This document shows positions 1-12,700 of a stretch of 64,000 nucleotides of DNA, piece by piece. A program made the position numbers and the translations under genes. The notes beneath the pieces were generated by a model. It worked only from the letters and a program-made list of their open reading frames with translations, was not told the origin of the DNA and did not search any database. How positions within the stretch are numbered: position 1 is the stretch's first letter; every line of letters begins with the position of its first letter. Where the stretch lies: the IMG/VR virus record IMGVR_UViG_3300033049_000013, positions 1 to 64,000 of that record; one strand, 5' to 3'. This DNA comes from a virus.

Positions 1-2
1 AG

Positions 3-503
3 GAGACTATGCTAGCAACCGCTACATTGACATCCTATAAGAGTATTATTGCTACTATTGATAAAGACTTAAAACAACTTAATAGTATACATTACAATTT
101 GACTAAGCATGTTAAGGAAATCAGTACTGATTCTATATCATATATAAAGCTAAGTGAAGCTAGAAATAAGATAATAGGAGTAGGCTATAAATTTCTATAT
201 GCTCAAGTATTAATGGGCGATAGTACAGATAATATCAAAGGATTAGAGAAGTGTGGACCAGTTAAAGCTTACTCTATATTAAAGGATGCTACCACTGAAA
301 GAGAATGTAGGAAACTTGCATTACAAGCATTCTTTAGCAAAGAAGAAGAACTCTCTGAGAAACATGATTTAGATTTAACCACATTTGAATTGTGGACTAA
401 TGCTAAAAATAAATTCAGAGAGATGTTAAACCTAGTCTTTATACTTCGCCAGAATATCTACTTAGATACAGTAAAAGTGCAAGTATATATAGACCAATTA
501 TAA
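3..503 (+). CDS. 5'-3' exonuclease (T5 D15/PolI 5'-nuclease-like, H3TH), probably 5'-truncated by the window edge
   Basis: Motifs IATIDKDLKQ and QVLMGDSTDNIKGLEKCGPVKA (helix-3-turn-helix). The frame is open upstream of ATG 9 to the edge, and the N-terminal acidic motifs of the family are missing. Confidence 0.85.
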   Translation, partial: ETMLATATLTSYKSIIATIDKDLKQLNSIHYNLTKHVKEISTDSISYIKLSEARNKIIGVGYKFLYAQVLMGDSTDNIKGLEKCGPVKAYSILKDATTERECRKLALQAFFSKEEELSEKHDLDLTTFELWTNAKNKFREMLNLVFILRQNIYLDTVKVQVYIDQL

Positions 504-509
504 AGTGCT

Positions 510-1079
510 ATGGAGTTCACTAAAACATTCACTTATTTATTTCAGCCATCACTTACTTTATTTCATACCGATATTATTAAAGAAGCTTTCTTAAATACAG
601 ATACTGGTATAAAAGTATTAAATGTATTTTTAGGTGATAAAGGCTTAAATAAATATTCAGAGAAAGATGGAGTCTTTCATATATTGTGTGACTTAAGTCA
701 TCATACTGCCAAAGTACAATTAGAACATATTTCTAAATCTACATTTTTTATAGGTAGCTACATAATTAATAGGTATCCCAAAGTAGGTGTAATACTTTTT
801 AAATCTACTAAAGGGAAAGCGTACAATAATTTCTTACTATCAGACTATAGAAATATGTATTCTATTGATTTACTTGAATCAATGAAAGAAGATTTTAAAA
901 TAGCAGATGGTGAATATACTCAAGCTTTCAATGTTCTGAGTTACGATAAAGAATTACAAAAAAAGTTAGCTGACCGAATTAAGGTAAAGAACCCGTCAGA
1001 GCTAAAACAATTAGCTTCTAAGCTAGTCATTACAGAAGAGATAGTTGATATACTAGAGTATTATACTGATGGCACTTAG
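510..1079 (+). CDS. hypothetical phage protein
   Basis: 189-aa ORF 6 nt after the exonuclease, same strand; no motif recognised. Confidence 0.75.
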   Translation: MEFTKTFTYLFQPSLTLFHTDIIKEAFLNTDTGIKVLNVFLGDKGLNKYSEKDGVFHILCDLSHHTAKVQLEHISKSTFFIGSYIINRYPKVGVILFKSTKGKAYNNFLLSDYRNMYSIDLLESMKEDFKIADGEYTQAFNVLSYDKELQKKLADRIKVKNPSELKQLASKLVITEEIVDILEYYTDGT

Positions 1080-1140
1080 AGGTAAAAAAGATACTCCTAC
1101 GGGAGAATATAAATAACAGCGAGTATTCGCTTTAAAGACT

Positions 1141-1884
1141 TTGTTTTTTATGTTTAGAATAATTAACGAAAATGGATTTGAGTCAAGAGTGGTGGAGACT
1201 GCTCTTGACTATTTTAATCTAACAGGACAGCCTGAGTTTATTCCTGAGCAAGGACATATTCCTACTAGTACAGTAGTTATAAGTAACGGTTTACAGTCAT
1301 TAAAAGATGTTAGGAAAGAAGTTCAAAAAGATGGTAGTAACTTATTAGTATACTATCCTAATACACCTGATAACATTCAGGTATACTTGGATATGGATGG
1401 TGTAGTTAGTAACTTTGAGAAGTTCTTCAAAGGTAAATTTGGTGCTATTAGATTTGATAATATGCTACCTAGTGAACTATGGAAGAATATTGGAACCATG
1501 TTGTTAAAAGGAGAAGGAGTATTTAGTGCATTCGATGCATTAGAGTATCATAAAGAGATGTATAATTTCTTTAGTCAATACAATCCTATTTTCTTATCTA
1601 GTACTGGTTTTTCTAACCATAGAATTGCTAGTAATCAGAAGAGAGAATGGCTAGATAGAAATATCAAGAAGGATGTTCCTGCAATATTTACCACTACTTC
1701 TAAGTTGAAGGCACACTATGCTGTACCAAATAGTATATTAATAGATGATAGACCGCATTCTATTATGCCATGGTTAGGTAATCATGGAGAGGCTATTATG
1801 CATAAAGAGGCATTAGATACAATTATTAAATTTAAAACCCTGTATAGAGATGTCCAAGACAGACAAGAAAGTAGCTACAACTAA
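1141..1884 (+). CDS. HAD-superfamily 5'(3')-deoxyribonucleotidase (NT5C-like) with N-terminal extension; true start possibly ATG 1150
   Basis: HAD motif I YLDMDGVV, FLSS (motif II), K(R)EWL, and motif IV ILIDDR. Confidence 0.85.
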   Translation: MFFMFRIINENGFESRVVETALDYFNLTGQPEFIPEQGHIPTSTVVISNGLQSLKDVRKEVQKDGSNLLVYYPNTPDNIQVYLDMDGVVSNFEKFFKGKFGAIRFDNMLPSELWKNIGTMLLKGEGVFSAFDALEYHKEMYNFFSQYNPIFLSSTGFSNHRIASNQKREWLDRNIKKDVPAIFTTTSKLKAHYAVPNSILIDDRPHSIMPWLGNHGEAIMHKEALDTIIKFKTLYRDVQDRQESSYN

Positions 1885-1993
1885 GCCAGTTACTAAAAAT
1901 AAGACAACTAAGGTACATGTGACTATTGAAGAGCGCTTGAAGCTATTTGATTTAGATTGCTCACAGCATCCTAGTTATTACAAGGTTGATTAA
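1850..1993 (+). CDS. small hypothetical protein, 47 aa (MSKTDKKVATTKPVTKNK...YYKVD); not in the ORF track
   Basis: ATG 1850 to TAA 1991-1993 translated by hand. It fills the gap between the HAD gene and dUTPase, overlapping the former by 35 nt. Confidence 0.5.
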   Translation: MSKTDKKVATTKPVTKNKTTKVHVTIEERLKLFDLDCSQHPSYYKVD

Positions 1994-2006
1994 TTGAATT
2001 GAATTA

Positions 2007-2477
2007 ATGCCAAAAGTAGAAATTGAAATTTTAGCAGGTGGTACTATGCCTACTAAAGCGCACACAGCAGACTCTTGTTACGATGTAGTAGCAACTAGGA
2101 TAGAACATAAACCTACTTGTATTGTATACTACTTGGGAATAAAAGTTAAGATTCCTAGAGGATGGGAAGGTGAGCTAAAATCTAGAAGTTCTATTCGTAA
2201 ATATCATTTACAGCAATGTAATGGTATTGGGACTATGGATGAGAATTATAGAGGAGAATGGGCTATTAGTTTTAATCTATCTCCACCTAACTTTATGTAC
2301 TTTAAACTACATAACTTACCTGACCCTGCCGATACTGACTTTAAGATATATGCAGTAGGCGATAAAGTAGGTCAGATATGCTTTAGGAAGAAAGATAAAT
2401 ATGCTGTAGCACAAGTATCACTGGTACAATCTAATACAGAGCGAGGAGAAGATGGACATGGTTCATCAGGAAAATAA
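2007..2477 (+). CDS. dut: trimeric dUTPase
   Basis: Motifs DSCYDV, KSRSS, GTMDENYRGE, GDKVGQ and ERGEDGHGSSG. Confidence 0.95.
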   Translation: MPKVEIEILAGGTMPTKAHTADSCYDVVATRIEHKPTCIVYYLGIKVKIPRGWEGELKSRSSIRKYHLQQCNGIGTMDENYRGEWAISFNLSPPNFMYFKLHNLPDPADTDFKIYAVGDKVGQICFRKKDKYAVAQVSLVQSNTERGEDGHGSSGK

Positions 2478-2488
2478 TACATAATAAT

Positions 2489-2519
2489 AAGTAGGTAATC
2501 TTAGGGTTATCTACTTTTT
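2489..2519 (+). terminator. probable intrinsic terminator after dut
   Basis: AAGTAGGTAATC-TTAG-GGTTATCTACTT hairpin with G-U pairs, running into a T tract. Confidence 0.65.
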
Positions 2520-2531
2520 AAACTATAAGAT

Positions 2532-3095
2532 ATGTTGAATTTAGGGTATTTGAAGGAAGGGAGTAAGATTAGTGAGCAACAATATTATACCATTAAAGCA
2601 ATTACGGGAAATACTATAACAGTTGTTAATGACTTGGGTAAGACTTTGACAATAGCTAAGGAGATAATCGAGAGAGATTGTTATTCAGCAGATCAGTTTG
2701 ACGATATTGTTCGAGTTACTAGAACGGAATTAGTAAATCATTTCTTAAATATTAAAGGTGAAGTATTCACTGTTAACTATAATAAGCAAGTTAATGCTAC
2801 TAAGACAGTTAAGAATGTATCTGATGCACTTATATTAATGGATAGTTATACTACTAAGAAAGATAAACTTTTTGTAGTTAAGACTCTAAAGAAACAACTA
2901 AAAGATGACCTTAAAGGCGAAGAACGTCTAGCTAAGGCGTATAAGACCAAAGTAGACTTTGAGAAGGGTCGTACTCTAGCTATTGATTTAGGTAAAGAAA
3001 AAGGAGAAGGTACGTATGATGGACGTACAATTCAAATAGACCATAGGAATTTAAATTGGTTTATTTGGAAGGGAACTAAGTATCAAGTGAAATAA
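2532..3095 (+). CDS. hypothetical protein (possible SH3-like beta-barrel C-terminus)
   Basis: 187-aa ORF. FTVNYNK...GEER...R-x-IDHRNLNWFIWKGTKY resembles small phage beta-barrel proteins (weak). Confidence 0.7.
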   Translation: MLNLGYLKEGSKISEQQYYTIKAITGNTITVVNDLGKTLTIAKEIIERDCYSADQFDDIVRVTRTELVNHFLNIKGEVFTVNYNKQVNATKTVKNVSDALILMDSYTTKKDKLFVVKTLKKQLKDDLKGEERLAKAYKTKVDFEKGRTLAIDLGKEKGEGTYDGRTIQIDHRNLNWFIWKGTKYQVK

Positions 3096-3659
3096 ATGAA
3101 TTACACGGTAGAAGAACGTGAATTAATATATAAATGTGCTTATGATTTAAGAGCAGTCGATATTCAACGGCTGCTTTTAGATTGTGGTTATAAGAGAACT
3201 TTAGAATCTATTACTAAAGTAATCAATAGAAAGATAGAAATTGATAAGGAGAAGCGGAGATTGCAGAATAAGATGAGAGCTGATAGAGATATAGTTAAAT
3301 ATAGGGCTAAATCACTCTTAAATGCCGCTAAATCAAGAGCTAGTAAGAAAGGCTTAGAATGTTCCTTAACTTTAGAATGGGTACATAAGAAGCTAAAATA
3401 TGGAGTATGTGCAGCTACAGGTACTCCGTTTGTATTTACACAATATGGTGAATGTAAAGAAACTAAAAAGTGTAATCCTTATGCTCCTTCACTTGATAAA
3501 ATCGACCCTAGTAAAGGATATACCGTAGAAAATACTCAAGTAGTTTTAGCTGCATTTAATAAGTTTAAAAGCGATATGGTGCAACATAAAGTAATTGGTA
3601 TAGCTAAATCTATAGTTAAATATCATATGAGCACAAGGCAGTTTGCAGTAAATGCTTAG
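3096..3659 (+). CDS. HNH/His-Me finger-type endonuclease (free-standing, homing-like)
   Basis: AKSRA..K...L, C-AATG-x-PF, and PSLDKIDPSKGYTVENTQVV...N-x-x-K, typical of phage HNH-like nucleases. Confidence 0.75.
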   Translation: MNYTVEERELIYKCAYDLRAVDIQRLLLDCGYKRTLESITKVINRKIEIDKEKRRLQNKMRADRDIVKYRAKSLLNAAKSRASKKGLECSLTLEWVHKKLKYGVCAATGTPFVFTQYGECKETKKCNPYAPSLDKIDPSKGYTVENTQVVLAAFNKFKSDMVQHKVIGIAKSIVKYHMSTRQFAVNA

Positions 3660-3712
3660 ACAGTATATTGTATATTGGTTGTTATTGATAATAACACAAA
3701 ACAATCATAGCA

Positions 3713-6700
3713 ATGGCATGTCGTGTAGAAAGAAAAGCAAACACAGGTAAAATAGTAAACGTACTAAAGCCCAATGGATTAGTATCAGAAGTTTACAAGA
3801 AATTAAACTTAAAGTATAAGAATGCAGAGGTTGCATTAAGATACTATATGTTAGGATTCACAGAGGATTATATTGATTTCAATGTAAGTCCTAATACTCC
3901 TAGTAATATAAAGTATTTAGCAAAGGAGATAGCAGAGAAATCATCATTAAGGGGTACAGATAATGCTCTATTTATTAATGATGCACAACTTCGTGACATA
4001 GGAAACCAATTAGGAGAAATTCGAATGGATTTATATGTACAGGATATGCTAGGTAATGAATATATAGAACCTCAGTATAGAAATAAGGTAGCAAATCTGT
4101 TGAATCCTTTACTTAAGGAAGTAGAGAGTAGACCTATATTACAAGCATTACTGAATTCAGGTAAAGTAAATGATGTAGAGGCTGCCATTAGATTGGTAGG
4201 AGATCAAAGTGATATATTTAACAAAGTGTTAGAAATAGAACAAGATGTCTTAGAAGTCTTAGAAACTCCAAGCATACTAAGTAAGTATACTGAAATTACA
4301 CAGGATAGAGTAAGTTCAGAAGTTACATTAGATTCAATATTAGGTAGTATTACTAGCTCTATATTTAATCCAAATGGAATTCATGCAGCACTAACTACTG
4401 GATATGTAGCAAATGAATATGAACCTAGTTTCGAAAAACTAGAAAGGTTTATAGATAAGTTACCATCTAATAGTATAACTACTATTCTTCCAAAATTTGT
4501 AACTGAAGCATTAAATAATAAAACAGAAGGAATCAATACTGATGAGTATGCTAGAAGCAGACAATTAGGATTTGATTCTGATATGGCACTTACTACTGCG
4601 TTAGGAGCTAGTCCGATTAAAACAATCGAATCTCCTAGAAGTAGTTTAGTGGAAATAGAGAATGTAAAGAAAAGATTAAAATTATTGTTCGGTAATAATG
4701 TACAAGTTAGTACAGCGTTAGAACAAACACTAGATAACATAGGTCAAGAAGGACTTCCAGGTGGATTCTTTCTAGATAATGTAATCTATTTACATGATGC
4801 AGATGTTGCAGGACATGAGGCTTTTCATAAAGTATTTCATACACTGTTAACAGATAAACAGGCTACAGTGCTTCTTAATGAAGCAAAGAAGAATTTAAAC
4901 TACAGTAAAAAGCAATTGAATAATAAAATTGCCGACTTAATACTACAAGTACCTGCATATAGTGAACTAAGTAGAGAGAGATTAGAAAATCTTGTCTACG
5001 AAGAATATATGGCAGATGAATATCAAGAGTTTTTTACTAACAATAAGACTCCAGAGAATTGGCTTATGTCACTTTTCAATCTTATTAAGAATGTATTTTC
5101 GAGCGTATGGGGTAACCGCACCCAGTTGGAAGCTTTATTCCATAAAATCAACAATCGTGGATTCGCATTTACTAAGCCAAAAAGCAATAAGTACGCTATG
5201 GAACTACCAGTTTTCAAGTTACTTACCATTGGAAAAAGTAAAGATGCTTCAAATAGAACAATTGATATTGTAGCATCAGAATCAGACTCCAATGCACTCA
5301 TTTATGAGATGGCAGGAAGGTTGTATGAAATTATTAATACAACTAAGCCTGAAGGTAGTGTATTGCAAATTGCAGAGGATGAAACAATTACGTTAACTCC
5401 TAGCGATGCACTTAGGAATCCCGAAGAAGCTGTATATAATATTATGCGTGCAAGATCGTATGAATATTCAGAAGAAAACAATATAGACTTATTAGAACAA
5501 TTAGAAGACGAAGAAGAGAAATTAGACAAACTAGTTGGTCAATTAGAGACCAAAGAACAGATGTATAGTCCTAAATTTTCAAGTCAATCTAATATTTCTA
5601 ATGGTGTACTTGTTTGGGAAGAAGTTCAGAAATTGTTCCAAATATTTGGAACTGACTATCTGACAGAGAAGAATGAAGTTGCTGCTGAAAATAAAATGAC
5701 TGCAGAATCACTGGAAATGCAAAATAAAAGCGCTTATGAGTATGACCCTCTTGAATTAAGAGATAAAGACTTAAGAACTTTTATGGGTTTTATACTGTAT
5801 GAAAAAACAGATGAACTTACTGGTAATAAAATAAAGGTAGCTATAGATTCTTCTAGAGTTTATAGTAATTTACTAGTTGCCATGTCATCTAAAGAATTAC
5901 ATGAAACACCCTTTAATACTACACAACAACCTTTCTTGACAACATTAGCTTATTATGCTAAAGATAATGACGAAACTAGAGCTTTCTATAATAAACTTAT
6001 GGAAATTAGTGGAGGAAAGTCTGACCATAACTTAGTTAACTTAGTTAGAAAGAGTTTGGATAACATGAGAATATCATTTACCCAACTATTACAAGATCCT
6101 AATACTGGAAACTTTCAGTTAGTATCTGCTGCAAACATAGATGATGTGGTTGCACAGTTAGATACATGGGATAAAAATTGGAATGATAGCGGATTATCAG
6201 ACAATTATAATAGTAAAGCAAGGAGAAAAGAGAATACAAAAGCATTAAATACTCTATATGAGTTATTAGACCCTACAAAGAATGGAGTAAAGACAATTAT
6301 GTCTTTAGATAATCCTATGATTTTAGATTCTACTACTGGAGATTATGTATTAGATACAAATACTAAGGATAATGTTATTGATAAATTTATTAATGGGTTT
6401 ACAGCAAATAATGGTAGAGAAATCAAATCATTGTTTAAGTTAACAGGTATAGATTTATCAAGAGGATTTATTAGATATAGTATATTGAGAGAATACGATT
6501 TAATTGCTACAAGTAATATAACTGAGTACACGCAACTACAAGATATAATAAGTAATAAGGATTATCAAGGATATAAAGAATTAGCTGAAAGTGAGATTGA
6601 ACATCTTACTAGAAACGATATTCGTGAGATGGTAAGAATATTAGGTAAAAATTATAAGTCTGATGAAGTTGAAGAATATGTAAAAGAAACTACAGGTGTA

Positions 6701-9700
6701 ACTGACTTACGTAACATTCATATTGATACTAGTGAAGTAATAGACCCAGAGTCTGATAAGATTATTTTTGCTGGAGGTATGGTAGGTAGATTAAAAGATT
6801 TGGCTAAGGGTAATGTCTATTTCGATGAGACATTAATTCCTACATCATTTCAAGATTCTACAGGTAATCAAAGGTTTAACTTTGTTAAGAAGTCATTCCT
6901 ATTACTAACTACATTACGTTTACAAAATAAGAATTACAGAAAACAACTACAAGAGAAATATCCACATTTAAAAAACAATATCTTATTTAATACTGATTTC
7001 TTTAGCGAGGATGCTACAGATAAGATATTTGGAAAGGATTTTATTGCCAAGTTAATTGGAGATGTACGTCAACGTAATATGGGTACAGCTACTACAATGG
7101 ATGGTAAGCAAGATGAGCAAGCAGGGACTAATAGAAGTACAACTGAATCAGGAGAGGGTGTAACACCTAAGACCGTTGATTATGGTACATTTATGATTCT
7201 TAACTTAGCAATGTTTGCCAAGAGAAAAACCGTTAGAGTAGCTAATTCAGAAGGACAAAGTGGCTTTACTACATTACAGATTAGTGATTTCTTTACTGGT
7301 CCTAATGAGATTAAACGTACAGATATTGCTGTACCGTTACCTGTAGGTAGAAATAACCTAGAGACAGGCAAAACAATGAGTTATACAACATTAGATGGTG
7401 ACTTTAGTAGAGCTGCTATTGATACTGTATATCAATTGTTTGAAAATGAATTGGACTTAGTTAAAGAAGGAGAGCAAGAAATCAAAGATGGTCTATTAGC
7501 TTATGAGAATTTCTATAGACGTAGACCTGATGCTGAACAATTAGCTAAAAATAGAATTGAGTTAATAGAACTTAAAAGACAAGTTCGATTGTCACAATTA
7601 GAAGGTAATGCTTTAGAAAGAGCATTGCTTAAAATTAATGAATTAGAAAATCAATTTTCAGAAGAACCTACAAGTACACTATATGAAGGATTTCATGTAA
7701 GAACTGATTCTGATGGTAATATTAAAAAGGTAATAGATGATAGCGGAAACGTTACTGATTATCAATTTGGTAGAGCTACTGAGTTATGGAACTTTAAAAA
7801 GTTAGTAGATCCTAATTCAACTTCGTACACTCCTGCACTAGTCAAATACATGACTAGTAGAAAGCGCTTATTAACTCTTGATACTAAGATGTTATTAGGT
7901 GATTCACTTACACCGCAAGAGAGTGCTGATTACAATGCTTTAAAAGCTGCAACTCCATCTGCATTGCCAGTAGAGCTTAGAGCTAAAATTAAAGAAGGAT
8001 TAAGAAAATACCTTGACGAACAGTCAAAGGATTACATAAGTAAATTAGATAAGTATGATGTTATTGATTTATTACCTAACGGTGATGTAGTTAATAATAA
8101 AATACCTGCGTTACCTTACTACTATCCATCAGGAAGTAATACTCCTTTTAGATACTATCAAGATAGTAAGAATAACAAAGACAACTACAAATGGTTTATT
8201 AAAGATTACTTCGTTAATCACTACATCAATGCCTCATCTTATAATGAGATTATGGATAAAGATGCACGTATAGCTAAAGATCCTGTGGATAGAGTTAAAC
8301 GTAATGGTGGTAAAGTAGGTAATGGGGATGGTGCAGGTTCTGGTAAATCTAAATTTGGTGTAGTAAAAGAAGCATTCTTAATTAACAAACTTGGTGTAGA
8401 AAGTGAAAGAGCAGATGCTCAATCTCAACTATCTTTAGAAGGATATGAATTTCTACTAAGACGTTGGGGTAGATTCCCTGATGTTATTAAGCCAATTTTT
8501 AATAAGATTAAATTCGGATTAGAAGAAGTGACGTTTACTGAAGTTGAGAAATTAACTGACTTAAACGTAATACTAAACTCTAAGAAGACTATGTTATATG
8601 ATGGAGAGTTCTATCATAAACTATCTTACTCAATTTTATCTAGACAATATACATCTGTTTTACCTAAAAAGAATAGGAAAGCAGCATTGGAATTAAAAGA
8701 AGAGATTGAGTTAGCAGAAAAGAATGGAGATGATACAACTCAACTATGGCACGAATATGAGTCATTGTGGAGAGCACATCCAGGACATTCAGTATTGCAT
8801 AACTTACGTCGTAACATGTTATTTAATGACATCTATGGTGTAATACCGCAATCAGCTTCTAAGCTTAAAACACCTGTAGCCGCAACAAATGTAAATGGTC
8901 ATTTTGACTTTGGCTACAATATGCACGAATTAGATAATGAATTTTGGAGATTACAGATGGAGACACCATCAGGTAAATCTAAAATTACTTATTTTTCTCA
9001 GGTATTAAACCTGATTGACAACGAAATCGACAAAGCACGTTCTTATAAGATACGTGGAATAGAATATAAAATGTCAGACATTATTCAAGATTACCATAAG
9101 ATGTTAGCCAGGCGTGTAGAAAACTCTATGCAATCAGCTATGGCAGAACTAGGTAAACTAGACGATGATGGCTATTTAAATAAGCTTGATATTGAGAAAT
9201 TTCAAGCTAAATTATACGAGACACTACAGAGTTCAGGGGCAGATGATTCACTATTGAGTTTCTTTAGAGAATCTATTAAGGGTGGTACAGAAATGAAGTA
9301 TGATGCCAACCTACCTGCAATTAGTGCAAAGTTTCAACAGTTATTCTTAGCTCATTTCTCTAAAGGAGTTATGCAAGCTACTACTGTTGGTCGTAAGGTA
9401 TCTTTAATTGCCGATTGGGGTAATGAAGTTATTGTAGGGATTGATGATAATATAATTAAGAGAACTGAGATTGAAAAGAATTACGATACTTATGTAAATG
9501 AGGATGGTAGTTTGAAAGATGGATATACTAAACGTAGATTGAAATGGTCTACTGGTTATGCTACCGATACTGATATTACTGTTAAAGGTAAAACTTTCAC
9601 TAATGTAATAACTAGAGAAAAACTTATTGAGGGATTCCTAGATGATGGCAAAGTAATAGATTTAGTAGCTAAGACAGGTATTAATACCTTAGAGAAAATT

Positions 9701-12700
9701 GAATCACTTTCTGATGATATTTTAGTTAAGATATGGGGAGAATTAGAAGATTATAAATCTATGTCTCTATTTGGTAAATACATTGACTTTAATAAGGTTG
9801 GTGATATTACTGATGAGAATTACGAGATTTATGATATGTCACTCCGTGCAAGACTGCAAGATAACTATGATGATATTGTAGAACTTGTATTAGGTAAAGA
9901 TAACTACATTGATAATGCTGCTAAGTATCGTGAAGTATTTGGAGCAATTGAAGGTAGACTTATAGGTACTCCTGTAGATCAGTCAGTATCAGAAGTATTG
10001 ATGCCAGCTTGGGATGCATTTACTCATGGTGTTTCCGTTGGAGATACTGTGGATATTAATCATCCAGCTTGGGAATCTATTATGACTCAATTTGGTACTC
10101 GTATCCCTACTCAAGATAAGCACTCGATGATAGTATTTAAAGTAGTAGACTTCTTACCTAGTTATATGGGTGATGTTGCTGTACTACCAATGGAGACTAT
10201 ATTGCTATCAGGTGAGGATTTTGATATTGATGCAAAATACATACAGCGCAAATCATACTATCTTACTAAAGAAGGAACGGTTGATAAAATCAATATTCAC
10301 GGTGAGATACACGATGCGAAAAGTGAAGAAGCTAAATACAAAGAAGTTTTAGGAGAAGACAAAGCAGATAAGTTCAATGAAATTGATGCAATCAAGCATC
10401 GTCATTGGAGGGATTTCTTAGTGTACGTTAAGAAAAACAATAGAGCTGTTAAGTATGATTTTAAGAAACTACAAAAAGCAGAATTAGCAACAGAAGAGTA
10501 TCAAACCTTACTTCAAGAAATTGAAATGGCTAGTAACTTAGGTGATAAGCTTTTGTATGCAGAATTAAGTGATAAAAAGAAAGACCGTAGCAACCAATTG
10601 TTGTTACAAGCTATGACTGAGAATAATCTACCTAGCTCTTTCGAAGAATTTGATGTGGATGCCTTATTAAACAATGATGTTGTAAACAACATTATATTGG
10701 ATTATAATATGGCATTGTATCTGAATGCAGGGACAGTTGCTATTTCTTATACTCCAGCTTCTATGACTAAAATTCAAGGTAATAGAGACACTGGTGTTAG
10801 GGGAATTGCTGAATTAGTAAACTACATAACTGGAGATGATTTAAGTAGTTATGAATATAATACTGCTAATGGACAAATGACTGCTAAGGTATCAAATAAA
10901 ACAGGTGATGACTTGATTGGTCCAGCAGCCGTTGCAAACATTGTAAAGGCAGCATTAGCTAAGTCAGGTGTTAACTTACGTATTAAGCCAGGTAGCATTA
11001 AAGCTAGTATTGGTTTTGATAGTACTTATGATTTTAATACATTTGCTAACTATCACTCTAATGATGTAGAGTTAGCATACTCAATTTCAAATGGTAACAT
11101 TAGAAATGTTTCATTGAGACCAAACTCTGATGGTGAGTATACTACCAAACAATACCGTATTATGGATGAATTGTCTACTGTATTATCAGCAATGACTGAT
11201 AATGCTAAACATAATGATGCGGCAAAATTAAACTTTACCTTAGACACTTTAGGTGCGTATTTATATATGGTATCTTTAGGTATGGGGTTGAATAGAGCTG
11301 TACTAGTATCTAAATCACCTGTAATGGTTCATTACAATAAGATTAAAGCTGCTAGTGATACAGCATTAGTAACAGAACAGGATAAAGATAGAAATTCTAA
11401 AAATTCTGAGAAATTAATAGAGGAGGCTTATGAGACTGCTTCTAAATTGATTCTAGAAAGAATCGAACAATTAGAGAAGAAGGATACTAAGAAACAATTA
11501 AACTCTGTTAATTACCGAAACAATGAAAATTTTAAGCACAAAGATTTAGTTGATATAACTCCACAAGATTCAGGTAATCTAAATTTAGATTCTGGATACA
11601 TTGTAGAAGATATGCAACTAGCTAGGTATTTACGAGATACATATGGTATGGATTATACAGATTCGAATTTCGATAAATCTGTAATTGATACTATGACTTA
11701 TGATGAATTAATTCGAACTAGTCTAGCATTAACTAATCAATTAGATGTATTAACTGCATTTACTAGATTGGCACAGCAAGGTAGTTATCTTACTAGTTTA
11801 TCTAGAATACTTAGATTACATCAAGGGCTTAAACCTTCTTTCCATGAACTTCAAGGAATCTATGATTCTTTAGATGATTTTGGTATTGATTTGAGAAAAG
11901 TAGTATCTAATGTAGCGGATTATAATACAGCCAACTACAATGAGTTACAGATGCCTTTTTCTATTAATAAAGTTTTAGATAAAAATATAGATTTAAAAGT
12001 ATTACTAAAATCTTTTGATAAAGTAATGAAGGCTTCTAAGCATCTATTTATTTCTCAATCAAACACATTTGAAAATGTATTTAATACAATCAAACAGTCA
12101 TTGAGAAGGGGATTACAAGGAAGAGATAGAGTACTTAAAAATATCAAAGGACAGATGATGGGTTTCACCATTATTAATTCAATGCGTGAAAAGTATAAAC
12201 GTGAAGGTAGAACTTTCCCGTTTGACAGTGCTATCCTTTATTCACATTCTGGTGATACTATTTACAATCGTCTTCAAAATATCATAAAGATTGCGAAGAA
12301 AAACAATAACAATGAACTAGGAAATAACCTATTCATTAAGGCTTTACGTCGTACACCTAATAAAGCTAGTACAATTGACATGAGTAACTATCTACCTGAC
12401 GAAATTGAATTCGCAGAAGAAGAGTTCTTAGATAATGTATTAATGGAGTTAGATGAATTGACAGTGAATACACGTACTAAAAATACGCCTGAGTTTAACA
12501 ATCGTGTTATCTCAGCGTATAGAGAGTTAATGACTACTTATATTTTTGATGAGAATGGAAAACCATTAGTGAATGATGCAGGTAAATCAGTAGTAACTGA
12601 ATTTGCTGAAGATTTGTTTAATTATTTAATAATTAGAGATGGTCTACAATTTAAGCATGGTTCTTATCTGAAGTATATAGCACCAGAGATGTACCTAGAA

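Noticed and set aside
1069-1140. 15-codon ORF (MALRGKKDTPTGEYK) in frame with the HAD gene across a TAA, with two tiny hairpins (CTCC-TACG-GGAG, AGCGA-GTAT-TCGCT)
   Set aside because: TAA read-through is unlikely and the stems are only 4-5 bp; cannot be distinguished from chance.
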